Assembly: GCA_001661245.1 (NCBI GenBank)
Contig: KV454012.1
Span: 1,411,952 to 1,470,468 of the forward strand
Reading direction: 5' to 3'
Length of the DNA stretch: 58,517 nt
Source of the DNA: Pachysolen tannophilus NRRL Y-2460
Lineage: Eukaryota
Position 1 is the stretch's first letter. The number at the start of each line of letters is the position of its first letter. The notes beneath the pieces were generated by a model, which made no database searches, was not told the DNA's origin, and worked only from the letters and a program-made list of their open reading frames with translations. Shown piece after piece: positions 1 through 10,977 of this stretch. Made by a program: the position numbers and the translations under genes.

Positions 1-218
1 AGTATTAATAAATAAATAAAAAGAGTTTTTATTTTTGAACAGCATCTAGGTTTAAAACAAAGCAAAATTAAATTAAAATAAAATAAATACAAAAGATAGA
101 ATAAAAAAATGTATATATAAAAAAAAAATAGCAACAAATTAACCACATTACAACGACTGACTGACTACTTTATTATTGTAGCTTTCTTTCTTTCTTTTTT
201 TTTTTTTCTCTCTCGTTC

Positions 219-1838
219 CTAACGGCCAAAGTACTTGAGTTCAAATGGTCTTGCAACACAATGTCCGATAAATGTGAAAGCAATACATAATTCCCATCCA
301 ATATCACCTCCATAACTACCTATATGTTTTGCTATAGGACCAACATACCAGGTTTCAGACATACCCAAGACTGCACCTGCAATACCACAGCAGAATGCAA
401 ATGTACCTGCAATACCTAAAGGTAATTTATAGAAATTATCACAATCTTCTGGATTATAGCTATCTTCTTTACCTTTTCTAAATACAAAATGTTCAGCCAT
501 AGTCCCACCAATATAAATAGAAACAAAATAACTAATCATATCAAGAAAATTTTCCATTGCTTCTTCAAATACATAATATGCAGGAATACAAATACCTAAC
601 ATAACAAAGTTCCCAACAAAACACCATACAATTCTAGGAATCTTTGCAGAAAGTGGAGAAACAGCTTGAGCACAAATTGAAACAGAATAAGAACTTGGTA
701 AATTATTAGCAATTGTAGATAAACCCAAGATAACACAACAGAATTGGCCAAATCCATGTAAAGAATTTTCAACCAAGATACCGTATATGAGACCACCAAC
801 AGAACTATCATTCCATAATTCCAATAATCTTTCATTTGTTTGAACACCAGTACCACAAGCAGCACCTAACAATAAAGAGAAAAGACATGGGAAAACTATT
901 CCAGTATATACAGCAACAAAGATTTTCCAACCTGGAATGGATGGACTTTTATAAATAACATAATCACCACAACTTGGAACCCAACCAGCGGCAAATCCAA
1001 AAACTAACGAAGCATAAGTTATAGCACCAGAGATTTCAGATTCTCCAATACCCATTGGTGCATTATAAAATTCACCATTAATATGAAGTCTAGCAATAAG
1101 AATCAAAAAAATGATAAAATTTGGAATCCAAGAGTATTTTTCATAAACATGGATATAATCGTAACCTAACAATGCAATAAGTGCAGTGATTACAACTAAG
1201 ATTAAACATCCCAGCCATGGAGGTAATTTTTGGTCATTGACCATACTAAAAAAGAAGAAGTAAAAAACATAGTTAGTAAAAAAAAAATGTTGAATAAAAT
1301 TGGGTTTAAAATTTTTTCTTTTTAAAAAACAAATTTCAACTTACTGAAGTAATTCAACAGCAGGAATAACATTAATTGCACCCCAACCAACACAACTAAT
1401 AATATTTAATACTGAGTAAATCCTTGCACCAAAATTACCAGCCAAAAATCTTGTCAAGATCATTTGTCTAAGACCAAATTTAGCACACAAGACAGAATAA
1501 AGAGCCACTGGTAAAGCACCAATTAAAGTAAAAATGATAATAATGGCAACACTATCATACCAACCTAAACCAAAAGCAGCAGTACTTAATGCCCCAGTAC
1601 TTAAAGCTGCAATAACTAAATTAGAAGATAACCACATAGTACAAGCAGTCACAAGAGAAGTATCGGTACGATCTTCTGGAAGAACTCTTTCAATCCCTCT
1701 TGTTTCCACATCAAACATAGAAGCAAGTCTAGCTGTGAAATTTTTTTTCACATTGACAGTTTCACCAAACTCTTTCTCGGCTGAAACAGCCTCAACATCA
1801 ACATCAATAGCTGATATCTTGTCTTCTTCCAAACTCAT
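219..1838 (-). CDS. FCY2: Purine-cytosine permease (FCY2/NCS1 family), two exons: 1838-1345 and 1245-219
   Basis: ORFs 1341..1838 and 219..1244 join in frame (CA+T=His, giving ...ELLHMVNDQKLPPW...) across an intron with GTAAGT at 1344, TACTAAC at 1278-1272 and TAG ending at 1246. Family motifs: ETRGIERV, TMWLSSN, GLRQMILTRF, CVGWGAIN, WYVGPIA..IG..GGDIG. Paralog assignment (FCY2/21/22/TPN1) is uncertain. Confidence 0.88.
1246..1344 (-). other. Spliceosomal intron (99 nt) in the FCY2-like gene
   Basis: GTAAGT donor, TACTAAC branch point, U-rich tract, TAG acceptor; removal restores the reading frame. Confidence 0.92.
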
Positions 1839-2201
1839 TTTTTATATTTTATTTTTTATTTTTTTTCTCCCAGTCTTTCTTCCTACTATCACAAGATACA
1901 AGATATATTCATTCCTATATACATATATATATAAAGATTCGATTCAAAAACAATTACTGCACTAAATTGAAAAATTATTTTATTATTACCTTTATCTCTT
2001 GATTCAATTGAAGATGCATCTACATGTACCAAACTCTAAATTTTTCAGCATCTAAGACCCTCATCGGGCATCTGTTGTCAGCAGCTTCCCCTTTACACTC
2101 ATTTCAACCAGACATATTTATCTTTTGGGAAATTTCCCGCGACATGGCCCTCGCCTTATCAGGCAACATCATCAGAAGGCACTAAAAAAAAAACAATGAA
2201 A

Positions 2202-2248
<47 letters not shown>

Positions 2249-2522
2249 NNNNNNNNNNNNNNNNNNNNNNNNNNNNNNNNNNNNNNNNNNNNNNNNNNNN
2301 NNNNNNNNNNNNNNNNNNNNNNNNNNNNNNNNNNNNNNNNNNNNNNNNNNNNNNNNNNNNNNNNNNNNNNNNNNNNNNNNNNNNNNNNNNNNNNNNNNNN
2401 NNNNNNNNNNNNNNNNNNNNNNNNNNNNNNNNNNNNNNNNNNNNNNNNNNNNNNNNNNNNNNNNNNNNNNNNNNNNNNNNNNNNNNNNNNNNNNNNNNNN
2501 NNNNNNNNNNNNNNNNNNNNNN
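2249..2522. other. Assembly gap (N run)
   Basis: N run flanked by poly-T tracts. Confidence 1.
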
Positions 2523-3035
2523 AAGTTTTAAAAATTTTTTTTTTTTCTTTTTTTTTTCTTTTTCTCTGATAAGCGAAGCGGTACTTAACTTTGGGGATAA
2601 TAATTAGTTCCCTAAAATTACCTTTAAGAAAACCAAAAAAAAGTTGTCATTCTTTTTTTTTTTTGTTTTCTCTCTTCTCTCTAAAGAGGTTTTAAAATCA
2701 AGTGTTTGGTATTGGTATCTAGACTTGAAATAATCTTTTTTTAATTATGATTAGGATGTTCTCCGAGGGAATCTAATTACAGACATGCCAATAAACGGCT
2801 TTTCCCAGCGGGTGTGAATGTGATTTTTTAGTGTGTATGCACGATTTGTAGCCCGGAATAAGGCCATCGGTTCCGCGCATAGATATGCGTATTTTCAAAC
2901 ACTTTTACAGGAAATCAAGAACGAAGTAAACAAGTCTTACATGAAAGTATAAGGGAGGTGGTGGTGAGTAGTTGATGCGTATTTTTCATTTTCTATATTT
3001 TAAATTTTAAATTTTGAATTTCAAATTTTAATTTT

Positions 3036-6000
3036 TTAACAGTCATAATAAACTGTTTCATTACTTTTAACATGAGATAGGACCCTTGCAAAATTATTAT
3101 TATTATTAACATTGTCCTCTATATTTTCAGTTGAATTTGAATGGTTTGGATCAATGGCAATTTCAGAAAAACTATCATTTATTCTGTAATCAACCAATAG
3201 TTTAAGACTTGTATTTGTAAAATTTCTTGATAAATCACTTTTAACAATGCTTTCATCATCGTATTCATCAACAATATCATCTGCAGTTGTATCATGCGTG
3301 ATATCTTGTAATTCTTGTTGTGATAATTCATATTTTAAAATTTTCATAAATGTTCCATTTTTAGTTAATTCAAACCAACACCAACTTAATTTTGAATTTA
3401 ATAATTTTGCAGAATAAATTAAATTTTCTTTAGTTTTATAATTGAAAGGTGTTAAATTTTGAAAATTTTGACATAATTTAACTAAATCTCTTAATGCATT
3501 TTTTGAATTTTTAAAATTTTTACCAAGTTTTAATAATCTATCAGACAGTGATGAATTACAAATTAATGACATTTCATTTAAATGATTATTAATATCCATC
3601 AACTGTGGTGGTTTATTTAAAATCGAACCACTCAACAGAGAAAGATAATTAATGTTTAATATCCATGAACGTGAATCATTTCCATTTGGAACAGAATAAA
3701 CTCCTTTGGAGTTTTTACCAAATATAATAAATTTATTTAAATCCAATTTATTCTTATGATTTCCTCCTGTATGAGAATCAGAATCTTTGTAATAATTATC
3801 AAATTCATTTTGTTTTATTCTTGTTGCAAATAAATTACATGAATTATTATATAACATCATATTTGGTTCGTTATCAAATACAATATTATTATTTTGTGAT
3901 TCTTCCAATATAATAATTTCATGATTATTTGTTTCTAAAAAGGGTTTCGAAATTTTGAAAAAATTAATATCTTTATAAAAAATTAAACCAAAAGATGTTA
4001 AAATAACAAAATAACGTTTCCAAAATTTTTTAGTACTAGTTAATTTCTTAGATTCTTCTTTATACATTATCCCCATTTTGAAAACTCTTGTGATATACAT
4101 CAAATCATCATTATCATTTTGATCTAAACCTAATTTATCATGATTATTTGGAAGTAAGGCTATCTTCTTATTTTGATTTGTTAAAAATGAAATTTTAGAT
4201 TTCGATAATTTTAACAATATCTTTGGTTCTGAAGATAACAAATTATTTTTCAAATTTTGGAAAATATCAACATCAATTTCATCAGTATTTTTCCAAAAAT
4301 TATCAAAGTACTCGTCATCAAATTTCCGGATTTGTTGTTCATCAGATATTTTAACATTTGTTATATCTTCTCTCGCATTTAAATAAGGGTTATCCAATTG
4401 AAAAAATTGTCCAAGTGCCAATTCTTTCTTATTTTTAGAATCTAATACATATTCATAAACACTTTCACGATCAATAGATATTGGCAAAGAAAAAAAACTG
4501 CTTGCTCTTCTTCTACTAGTCGAAGTCATACTAGAATTGCTGAGATTAGATCTAATGATCGACCTGGTTATTTCTTCTTCATTTTTGTTGACATTAGTAT
4601 TTGTAAATTTGTGATTAGAATCTTTCATTAAGCTATCTTTTTGTGACTTTGATAAATTCTTGTCATTTTTCAAAAGTTCTAAACCTTTATTATTATTCGA
4701 TCTTAACAATAAATTTAACAAGTTTTCTTCAAATCTTTTAAATGGAGTATATGTAATATTATCATAATAATATTCCAAAATTTCCTTTGATATCAAGTTT
4801 TTCATTAGTAATTCATTGCTATCCTCCAATTTTGAAAATTCTTCATGATCCTTATAATGATTTTCCAAATTGTCAATAATGATCTTAACAAAATCAAATT
4901 TAGACATTTTTTTCTTATTATTTGGATTAAAATAATCGGTATGTAAAACCAATAAAGAAAACGTTAATATGTAACAAAGTTCCACACTATAAACAATTTC
5001 TTGGTTTTGGATATAAAAATGGTTTGCAAATTCTCGTATAACACGATCAATTTGTTGAGTTTCCTTAGGTAATTCATTTAGAATCAAAAATTTCCTTAAA
5101 GACAAATCAATCACTTCATTTTTAAAATCATAGTAGTTGAAATAATAATCCAAAGCTGATTTATTGAATTCCGAGTCTTTGGTAGTTATTAGCTGAATTA
5201 TTTTTTGAATTTTATTATTGATCACTAAACGGTTGATATAAGTTTCAGGTGTCTCATTTTCTAAAGGAAATTGTGAGGTTAAAAAACTAAGAGAATTATT
5301 TGAACCAGATGAAGGTGTTATAGGTAATGAAGCCGTTGCAGAAGTCAGCATGTTAGGACTTGGAAATGTAAAATCATCTACCAAAACATCTTCTTGAATA
5401 AACCCATGATCACTACTTGGTGTTGGGAGATTAGGATCTGGAGAGAAAGTATGACTGTTTTCCATATCCAAAAATGAACTTGCTCTCCTCAATCTGATAA
5501 AAGTTGTTATAGCGTTTAATACACCTGAATTAGTTGTGGTAGTCGCCCTCAGACTATTTGAAGAATAATTACTTCCAAAACCAGGAAATAAATTGCCCGT
5601 TGCAGTTGTTTCAGAAGACGAAGGATTTTCATTGTTTAATCTCAATGGTGATCTTTCATTACCATCCTGGGATATGAATTTGTTCTTCACGCTTCCACTA
5701 TTACTTTTGTTGGTGTGATCCAAAGCACTAACAGTTCTGCTTCTTTGCCTTGAAACCAACTTACTTGGGGTATTTGCATTACTGCTAACTGTGGAGGTTG
5801 TTGGTGAGTTTGGAGATTGTTTGGATCCTGGACGAGACAAAAATGTGGCAGTGGTGGCTTTCTCTGCTTTTGTTGGTGCCTTAGTAGTTGGTTTTGAAAG
5901 CGTCGAAGAATAGACTGACGAGTCCGAGGATGTATCCTCATCTTTTTCAGTATCGTATTTGACAGATTGAAAAGATACTGATCTATGATACGGTATTCTT

Positions 6001-6977
6001 GAGGTTGTTGGAACTAATTTCGTTAGATCCTTTCCAGCAGTTGTATCAACTGCAACCTGTTTATGTTTATCTGAAGCTTGTAGTGCTCCGTTTGTATTTG
6101 GTGGTGAAATCGTTGGGCTTTTCATGGAAGTGGATGGAATTTTCTGGAAACCAGATGCAAGGGTATCGGGAGAAACTGATAAATTGAACGATCCTTCTGG
6201 GGAACTGATTACTGGTAATGAACCGGAAATGTCTATATCTTCCTTCATTTCACTATTTACACGCCTTGAGAATGTTCTTTGTATTTTAGCTAATGGATTG
6301 AACAACGATAATGATGAGGTAGAAGAATTTTTCTTATGTAGGGTGGTACGATTATTGATAACAGTAGTCTTTGATTCCTTGTCTATCTTGGTTCCTGTTC
6401 CTAAATTTGGAGAGCTTACTTCACTATCAGGTGAATCCAAATCGGTAATTGACTTATTTTCCTTATTTTCCTTATTTTTCTTTTTCAAATCCAATAATGA
6501 CTTTACCCTTTTACCATTTTTCAGTCCAGAAAGTTTCAAAGGTGCTTCAGATTTAAATGTCACATGTGAATTTGAACTATTTCCTTCTGCAGCAACACCA
6601 CCAAGCAAAGATGAAAATTCAGAAACAGTGGGGGAACCCAAGCTATTAGCAGTGGATCTAGAAGGTATAGGATTGCTTGATCGTGAAATGGAGATATGAA
6701 AATTAGTGGTTCCATTACCAGTACCAGTACCATTACCAGTACTTGCATTACTACCAATATTACTACCAGCGTCAACGAGAACCTCACCAGAACTTATTGG
6801 GTCAGTCCCACTATTGCTCCTTATCAAGTGATTTGAAGTTAAAGAGGATGATTTTTTATGATTACCATAAAACTTTGAAGGTAGAAACTTGAATGAATTT
6901 CTGCGGGTATCATTTAAATTATTATTCGTATTATTATGTACCGGAGGTCTTTGTTCATCTTTGTTCCCACTATTCAT
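3036..6977 (-). CDS. SYT1: ARF guanine-nucleotide exchange factor, Sec7 + PH domains (Syt1-like)
   Basis: Sec7 motifs LRKFL..NELPKETQQIDRVIREFA and YILTFSLLVLHTD..NPNNKKKMSK.DF; PH-like WKRYFVILTSFGL..Y; long Ser-rich N-terminus. Adjacent to RDS3 and ASR1 as in S. cerevisiae. Confidence 0.88.
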   Translation of the reverse strand: MNSGNKDEQRPPVHNNTNNNLNDTRRNSFKFLPSKFYGNHKKSSSLTSNHLIRSNSGTDPISSGEVLVDAGSNIGSNASTGNGTGTGNGTTNFHISISRSSNPIPSRSTANSLGSPTVSEFSSLLGGVAAEGNSSNSHVTFKSEAPLKLSGLKNGKRVKSLLDLKKKNKENKENKSITDLDSPDSEVSSPNLGTGTKIDKESKTTVINNRTTLHKKNSSTSSLSLFNPLAKIQRTFSRRVNSEMKEDIDISGSLPVISSPEGSFNLSVSPDTLASGFQKIPSTSMKSPTISPPNTNGALQASDKHKQVAVDTTAGKDLTKLVPTTSRIPYHRSVSFQSVKYDTEKDEDTSSDSSVYSSTLSKPTTKAPTKAEKATTATFLSRPGSKQSPNSPTTSTVSSNANTPSKLVSRQRSRTVSALDHTNKSNSGSVKNKFISQDGNERSPLRLNNENPSSSETTATGNLFPGFGSNYSSNSLRATTTTNSGVLNAITTFIRLRRASSFLDMENSHTFSPDPNLPTPSSDHGFIQEDVLVDDFTFPSPNMLTSATASLPITPSSGSNNSLSFLTSQFPLENETPETYINRLVINNKIQKIIQLITTKDSEFNKSALDYYFNYYDFKNEVIDLSLRKFLILNELPKETQQIDRVIREFANHFYIQNQEIVYSVELCYILTFSLLVLHTDYFNPNNKKKMSKFDFVKIIIDNLENHYKDHEEFSKLEDSNELLMKNLISKEILEYYYDNITYTPFKRFEENLLNLLLRSNNNKGLELLKNDKNLSKSQKDSLMKDSNHKFTNTNVNKNEEEITRSIIRSNLSNSSMTSTSRRRASSFFSLPISIDRESVYEYVLDSKNKKELALGQFFQLDNPYLNAREDITNVKISDEQQIRKFDDEYFDNFWKNTDEIDVDIFQNLKNNLLSSEPKILLKLSKSKISFLTNQNKKIALLPNNHDKLGLDQNDNDDLMYITRVFKMGIMYKEESKKLTSTKKFWKRYFVILTSFGLIFYKDINFFKISKPFLETNNHEIIILEESQNNNIVFDNEPNMMLYNNSCNLFATRIKQNEFDNYYKDSDSHTGGNHKNKLDLNKFIIFGKNSKGVYSVPNGNDSRSWILNINYLSLLSGSILNKPPQLMDINNHLNEMSLICNSSLSDRLLKLGKNFKNSKNALRDLVKLCQNFQNLTPFNYKTKENLIYSAKLLNSKLSWCWFELTKNGTFMKILKYELSQQELQDITHDTTADDIVDEYDDESIVKSDLSRNFTNTSLKLLVDYRINDSFSEIAIDPNHSNSTENIEDNVNNNNNFARVLSHVKSNETVYYDC

Positions 6978-7247
6978 AATGCTGAAAAATCTGAAATAAT
7001 GCCTATTAATGATATAATATACAGTATATAACTAGAAGAACAGCCGTGACTTATTCATTTACAGCAATTTGACTGATTCCAGTAATATTCAATTCTTCAT
7101 CTGGCAGTCCTGCTTTACAACAAATACATTTATCATGTAGAAACTTCTTTATTAACTAGAAATTTAACCCGACAAAAAGCGACGCCAAGGTAGTGCTAAA
7201 TATTGCTAAGTTTCCTATTCAGGAATTATAGCTTAAAAAAATACACA

Positions 7248-7343
7248 CTGCACCATTCACACCACTCACACCATTTATACAACCTGCACCACTTACACCA
7301 CTTGCACCATCAAAATAACACACTACACCACACACTACACCAC
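7248..7343. repeat. Degenerate CA-rich tandem repeat: seven 9-bp units (consensus YYRCACCAY) then two 12-bp ACACACTACACC units
   Basis: ctgcaccat tcacaccac tcacaccat ttatacaac ctgcaccac ttacaccac ttgcaccat, read directly from the sequence. Confidence 0.8.
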
Positions 7344-7677
7344 TGATAAAATACTTTTTTTTTTTTTCTAACACTTATATTTATAGCTTTTACAACCACC
7401 ATCATCACCACCATTACTACTATGACTACGGCTATTACTGCTACTGCAACCACCAGTGGCAAATGTAAATTCGAAACAAAAGTTTTGCATCAAATTTTTT
7501 CTCCCCCCCATTGATCTATTTTTTTTTTTTTCTTTTTTGGGCCTAATTTACTTTATTGTGATAAATAATAAATACATACATGAATTAAATTTAGTTAATC
7601 ATAATTTATATACTGAAAAAATTCTAATTATTTTAACTGTTTGACAAGAAGAAAATCTCTTTTTTTCCCTTTTGATT

Positions 7678-8031
7678 TCAAAATCCAATACCTGCACCAT
7701 TCCTAGTTACATTAGTTTGTTTTTTCTTTTCATAAAACAAATCTGTTCTTGCAGTACCTATATTGATAATTCTAGGACATCCATCTCTATCCTTCTCCAA
7801 TTTACAACATTCCTTACAATAATAAGCATCGCTTATACCTTTATTCCCACATATTATACATTTCCCGCTATTTTTACCAAATGAACATTCATCACAAATT
7901 CTTACTTTCGATGCAGGATTAACATATGAATCACAAACGGGACATTTGCCATCACATTTTATACATAGTTTCCCCACGGTAGTACCAGGTTGCTTATAGC
8001 ACATCACTAAATCAAGTTGGTGGCGGGACAT
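7678..8031 (-). CDS. RDS3: Pre-mRNA splicing factor Rds3/PHF5A (SF3b subunit)
   Basis: [33 protein letters not shown]...[10 protein letters not shown]...[14 protein letters not shown] is the PHF5A signature. Confidence 0.97.
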   Translation of the reverse strand: MSRHQLDLVMCYKQPGTTVGKLCIKCDGKCPVCDSYVNPASKVRICDECSFGKNSGKCIICGNKGISDAYYCKECCKLEKDRDGCPRIINIGTARTDLFYEKKKQTNVTRNGAGIGF

Positions 8032-8263
8032 CTCTGATCTATTCTTTCTCTATCCCTTTCCTTATCCTCAATTCCTAAGTTCTCTTTTAACAATAATTTA
8101 TATATAAATATTCTTTATGATATAAAAATTTTTTTTCTTTTTTTTTTTTTTTTGCTTGTATTTTAGATGATGATTAGATAAAGTGTATTAAAATAATTAG
8201 GAATTATTTTAAAAAATGCTCAAAAATACTTATTAAGCACGTATCAAGAAATAGTAGAATAAA

Positions 8264-9803
8264 ATGGAAGAACGAGAAGAGGCCAGTGAGCTACAGAAAG
8301 ACGTTATTACCAATGGAGATGTAGTTCCTGGTGTTGAAACGATAGATCACCGGCTTGAAATTGTTAACGATTGGGAGGTTGAAATACCAATACTGGCAAA
8401 AGAAGAAATAATCGAAGAAAATACAGAAGAAGAGGACTTGTGTTCTATTTGTTTGGATGCTTTACCGAGTTCACTAGAGACGTTGGTTAGAACGACTAGA
8501 AATTCGCAAGTAACAGCTGCTGTTAGACCTTGTGGTCATATTTATCATGATTTTTGTATTAGATCATGGTCAGAAAGAGCAAATAGTTGTCCTAAATGTA
8601 GAACAAAATTTAACAAGATTGAATTACTCTCACAAAATAAAGTTATTGATACTATAAAGGTTAAGGATAAAAAATTACCCATTGAAGTGGATACAGATGA
8701 TGGATGGTTACCAGAAGAAGAACAAGGTTATTACTATGAAGGTTATGATGAAGATTATGATCCAGATTATTATCCAAGAAATAGAATTGATTCATCAGCA
8801 GTGGTTCATTCTATATGTATATTATGCGATGAACGATCTTCTCCTTTGACTGGATTAGCTGTTTGTAATAGTTGTTCAGGGAGTTATCATCCCAATTGTC
8901 TTGGAGGATTAACTGGCTTAGAAAATTGGAATTGTCCTATGTGTGATTCATTACAGTTAAATGAAAGTATTATACGTCCTCAAAGTGATGCTGGTTTTTT
9001 GACAAGGAGAGGTCAGAGGAGTAGTATTTTCCAAACAACTTCAAATTCGTTTATATCGAATTTGAGAAGAGAAATAAGGACAAGTAGAAGAACTGTACTA
9101 GGATTACCTATTAATGTTTCACCACAACGTACTAGAAGAAGTCCAAGAGTTAGAAGAAGGACAAGAACTAACAATAACAACATCAACAGTAATAATAATA
9201 GTGTCAATACAAGATATAGAAACACGGATGGAACAATTGATGGTGTGGTAGGCGGAATGTTTCCACCATTAAGTCCCGTATCAGTTGCTCCACCTGTAGA
9301 AGAACCAAAAGTTACAAGAGAAGAAGCAGATGCTTGGAAATTATATGATTTAGCCAAGAAGAAAAAAGAAAATGAAGATGAATTAGAGTTAGTTGCTGAG
9401 TGTTCGACCTCTAAGAAGAGGAAATCTCCTGCACCAAGTAGAACTTTGACACCCATAGAAAGTGGAAGCAACACTAATTCGAGACTTGAATCAATATCTA
9501 AAGTAGAGAAAAAAATTAAGAGACCAGTACGAAGAAAACATAATGATGATATACTGAAATGTAATTCCAAAGAGAGTGCATATTCCAAAATTGCTGAAAC
9601 AGAGGCAGATTCAACATTTAAATCATTATTATCTAATATTCGAAGAAGTTCAACTAGTAGCACAGATAGAACTGTGTCAACAAGTTTTCAATCAGTGAAT
9701 AAACCATTATTCGATAATAACAATATCAACAAAACTATTTTACCAATTTCTCCCACCTCTCTTTCAGCATCTCCAGAATTAAGTCCACATAATAACAATA
9801 AGA

Positions 9804-9846
<43 letters not shown>

Positions 9847-10423
9847 AAGTGATGACGAGCTAGAAGTTGTTGATGATAAAGGAACACCCATAAAGGATCG
9901 TATTGTTAGTAAGATGTTAGTTGACAATAGCTTTAAGATGACAAAACTTACTGTGGATGCATTAGAGAGACATAATATTGAAACTTTGCCTACACTTTCA
10001 ACTACATCGACAATAGAAGATATTCCAGGCCATAAATCAGAAAAGATGAAAAGAGAAAATTCTGGTTTGTCACTTGAACAAAAACAATTTGTTCAAAAAA
10101 TCATTGTGAGATCTAAATTAAAACCTTTTTTCCAAAAGGGTAAGATAAATTCATCACAGTACACAAGTATAAATAAAAATGTTTCGAGATATCTATACAA
10201 GATAATAAACGATAACGAAGATACACAAAAGGGTGACTCAATTTTCCTAAATAAAGTGAATCATTTAGTTGAACTAAGAGAAAGATATGACGTTGAAGAT
10301 TTTGATGAATTTATAAAAAAATTCCATTACAATGACAAAAATGATTACGGATTCAAAAAATATGAAGATATTGTGGAAAAATTAGTAAGAGAAGAAATCA
10401 AATCTTTAAGCAAGCAAGAATAG
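8264..10423 (+). CDS. ASR1: RING + PHD finger E3 ligase (Asr1/PHRF1-like)
   Basis: RING-H2 CSIC...CGHIYHDFCIRSW...CPKCR; PHD CILC...CNSC..SYHPNC...WNCPMC; C-terminal LKPFFQKGKINSSQYTSINKNVSR. Divergent from RDS3 as in S. cerevisiae. Confidence 0.85.
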
Positions 10424-10518
10424 TTCAATCTCCATCCCCATCTCCATCATTACTAATAAACTAATATTTGAAATGTTTTTTTATTCTATGATATAAAAGT
10501 AATCAAGTATCTAGAGTT

Positions 10519-10549
10519 CGGATATCGGATCCCGGATCAAGGATCTCGG
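10519..10549 (+). promoter_or_regulatory. CGG-N4-CGG direct-repeat array (Zn2Cys6-type, DRE-like) upstream of the MFS transporter
   Basis: CGGatatCGGatccCGGatcaAGGatctCGG, 7-bp period, about 430-460 bp before the ATG at 10978. Confidence 0.55.
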
Positions 10550-10929
10550 CAGCAACTAACTGGTTTTTTTTCCCCTTTCCGAACTCCTTATAAAAATTTC
10601 ATTTCTTGCTTCCATCCTGCCCAAAATGGGCGGGGAAAGACGTGTAGAAGCTCAAAGGGATTCACCGCTGAAAGCCGCTCTTCGGCTAAGAGAAATTCTT
10701 TGGAAAAAAAATTTAAAAGAAAAAAAATTTTTACCTTTATGCATAACTACTAAGGTAAACACATTTATATTGACGGTATATATAATATAAGTGTAGTCAG
10801 CCGTAAGGAATTAGTAATCCTTTTAATGGTATATATAAGTTATTAAGTTCTTCAGCTTAAATACTCTGCTTCTTTTTCTGTTAATCATTTTTGTTATAGA
10901 TTGTGTAAGGGGAGAAGGAAAAGGAAAGG

Positions 10930-10963
<34 letters not shown>

Positions 10964-10977
10964 TTGTGTATTAAGAA

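Noticed and set aside
219..1838. Permease apparently split into two ORFs (pseudogene or frameshift)
   Set aside because: Fully explained by a canonical 99-nt intron.
2196..2531. Poly-F/X ORFs, also at 44261-44649
   Set aside because: Artefacts of poly-T tracts running into N gaps.
2155..2573. Two GATAAG sites upstream of the permease (nitrogen catabolite repression)
   Set aside because: Too few and too common in AT-rich DNA to call.
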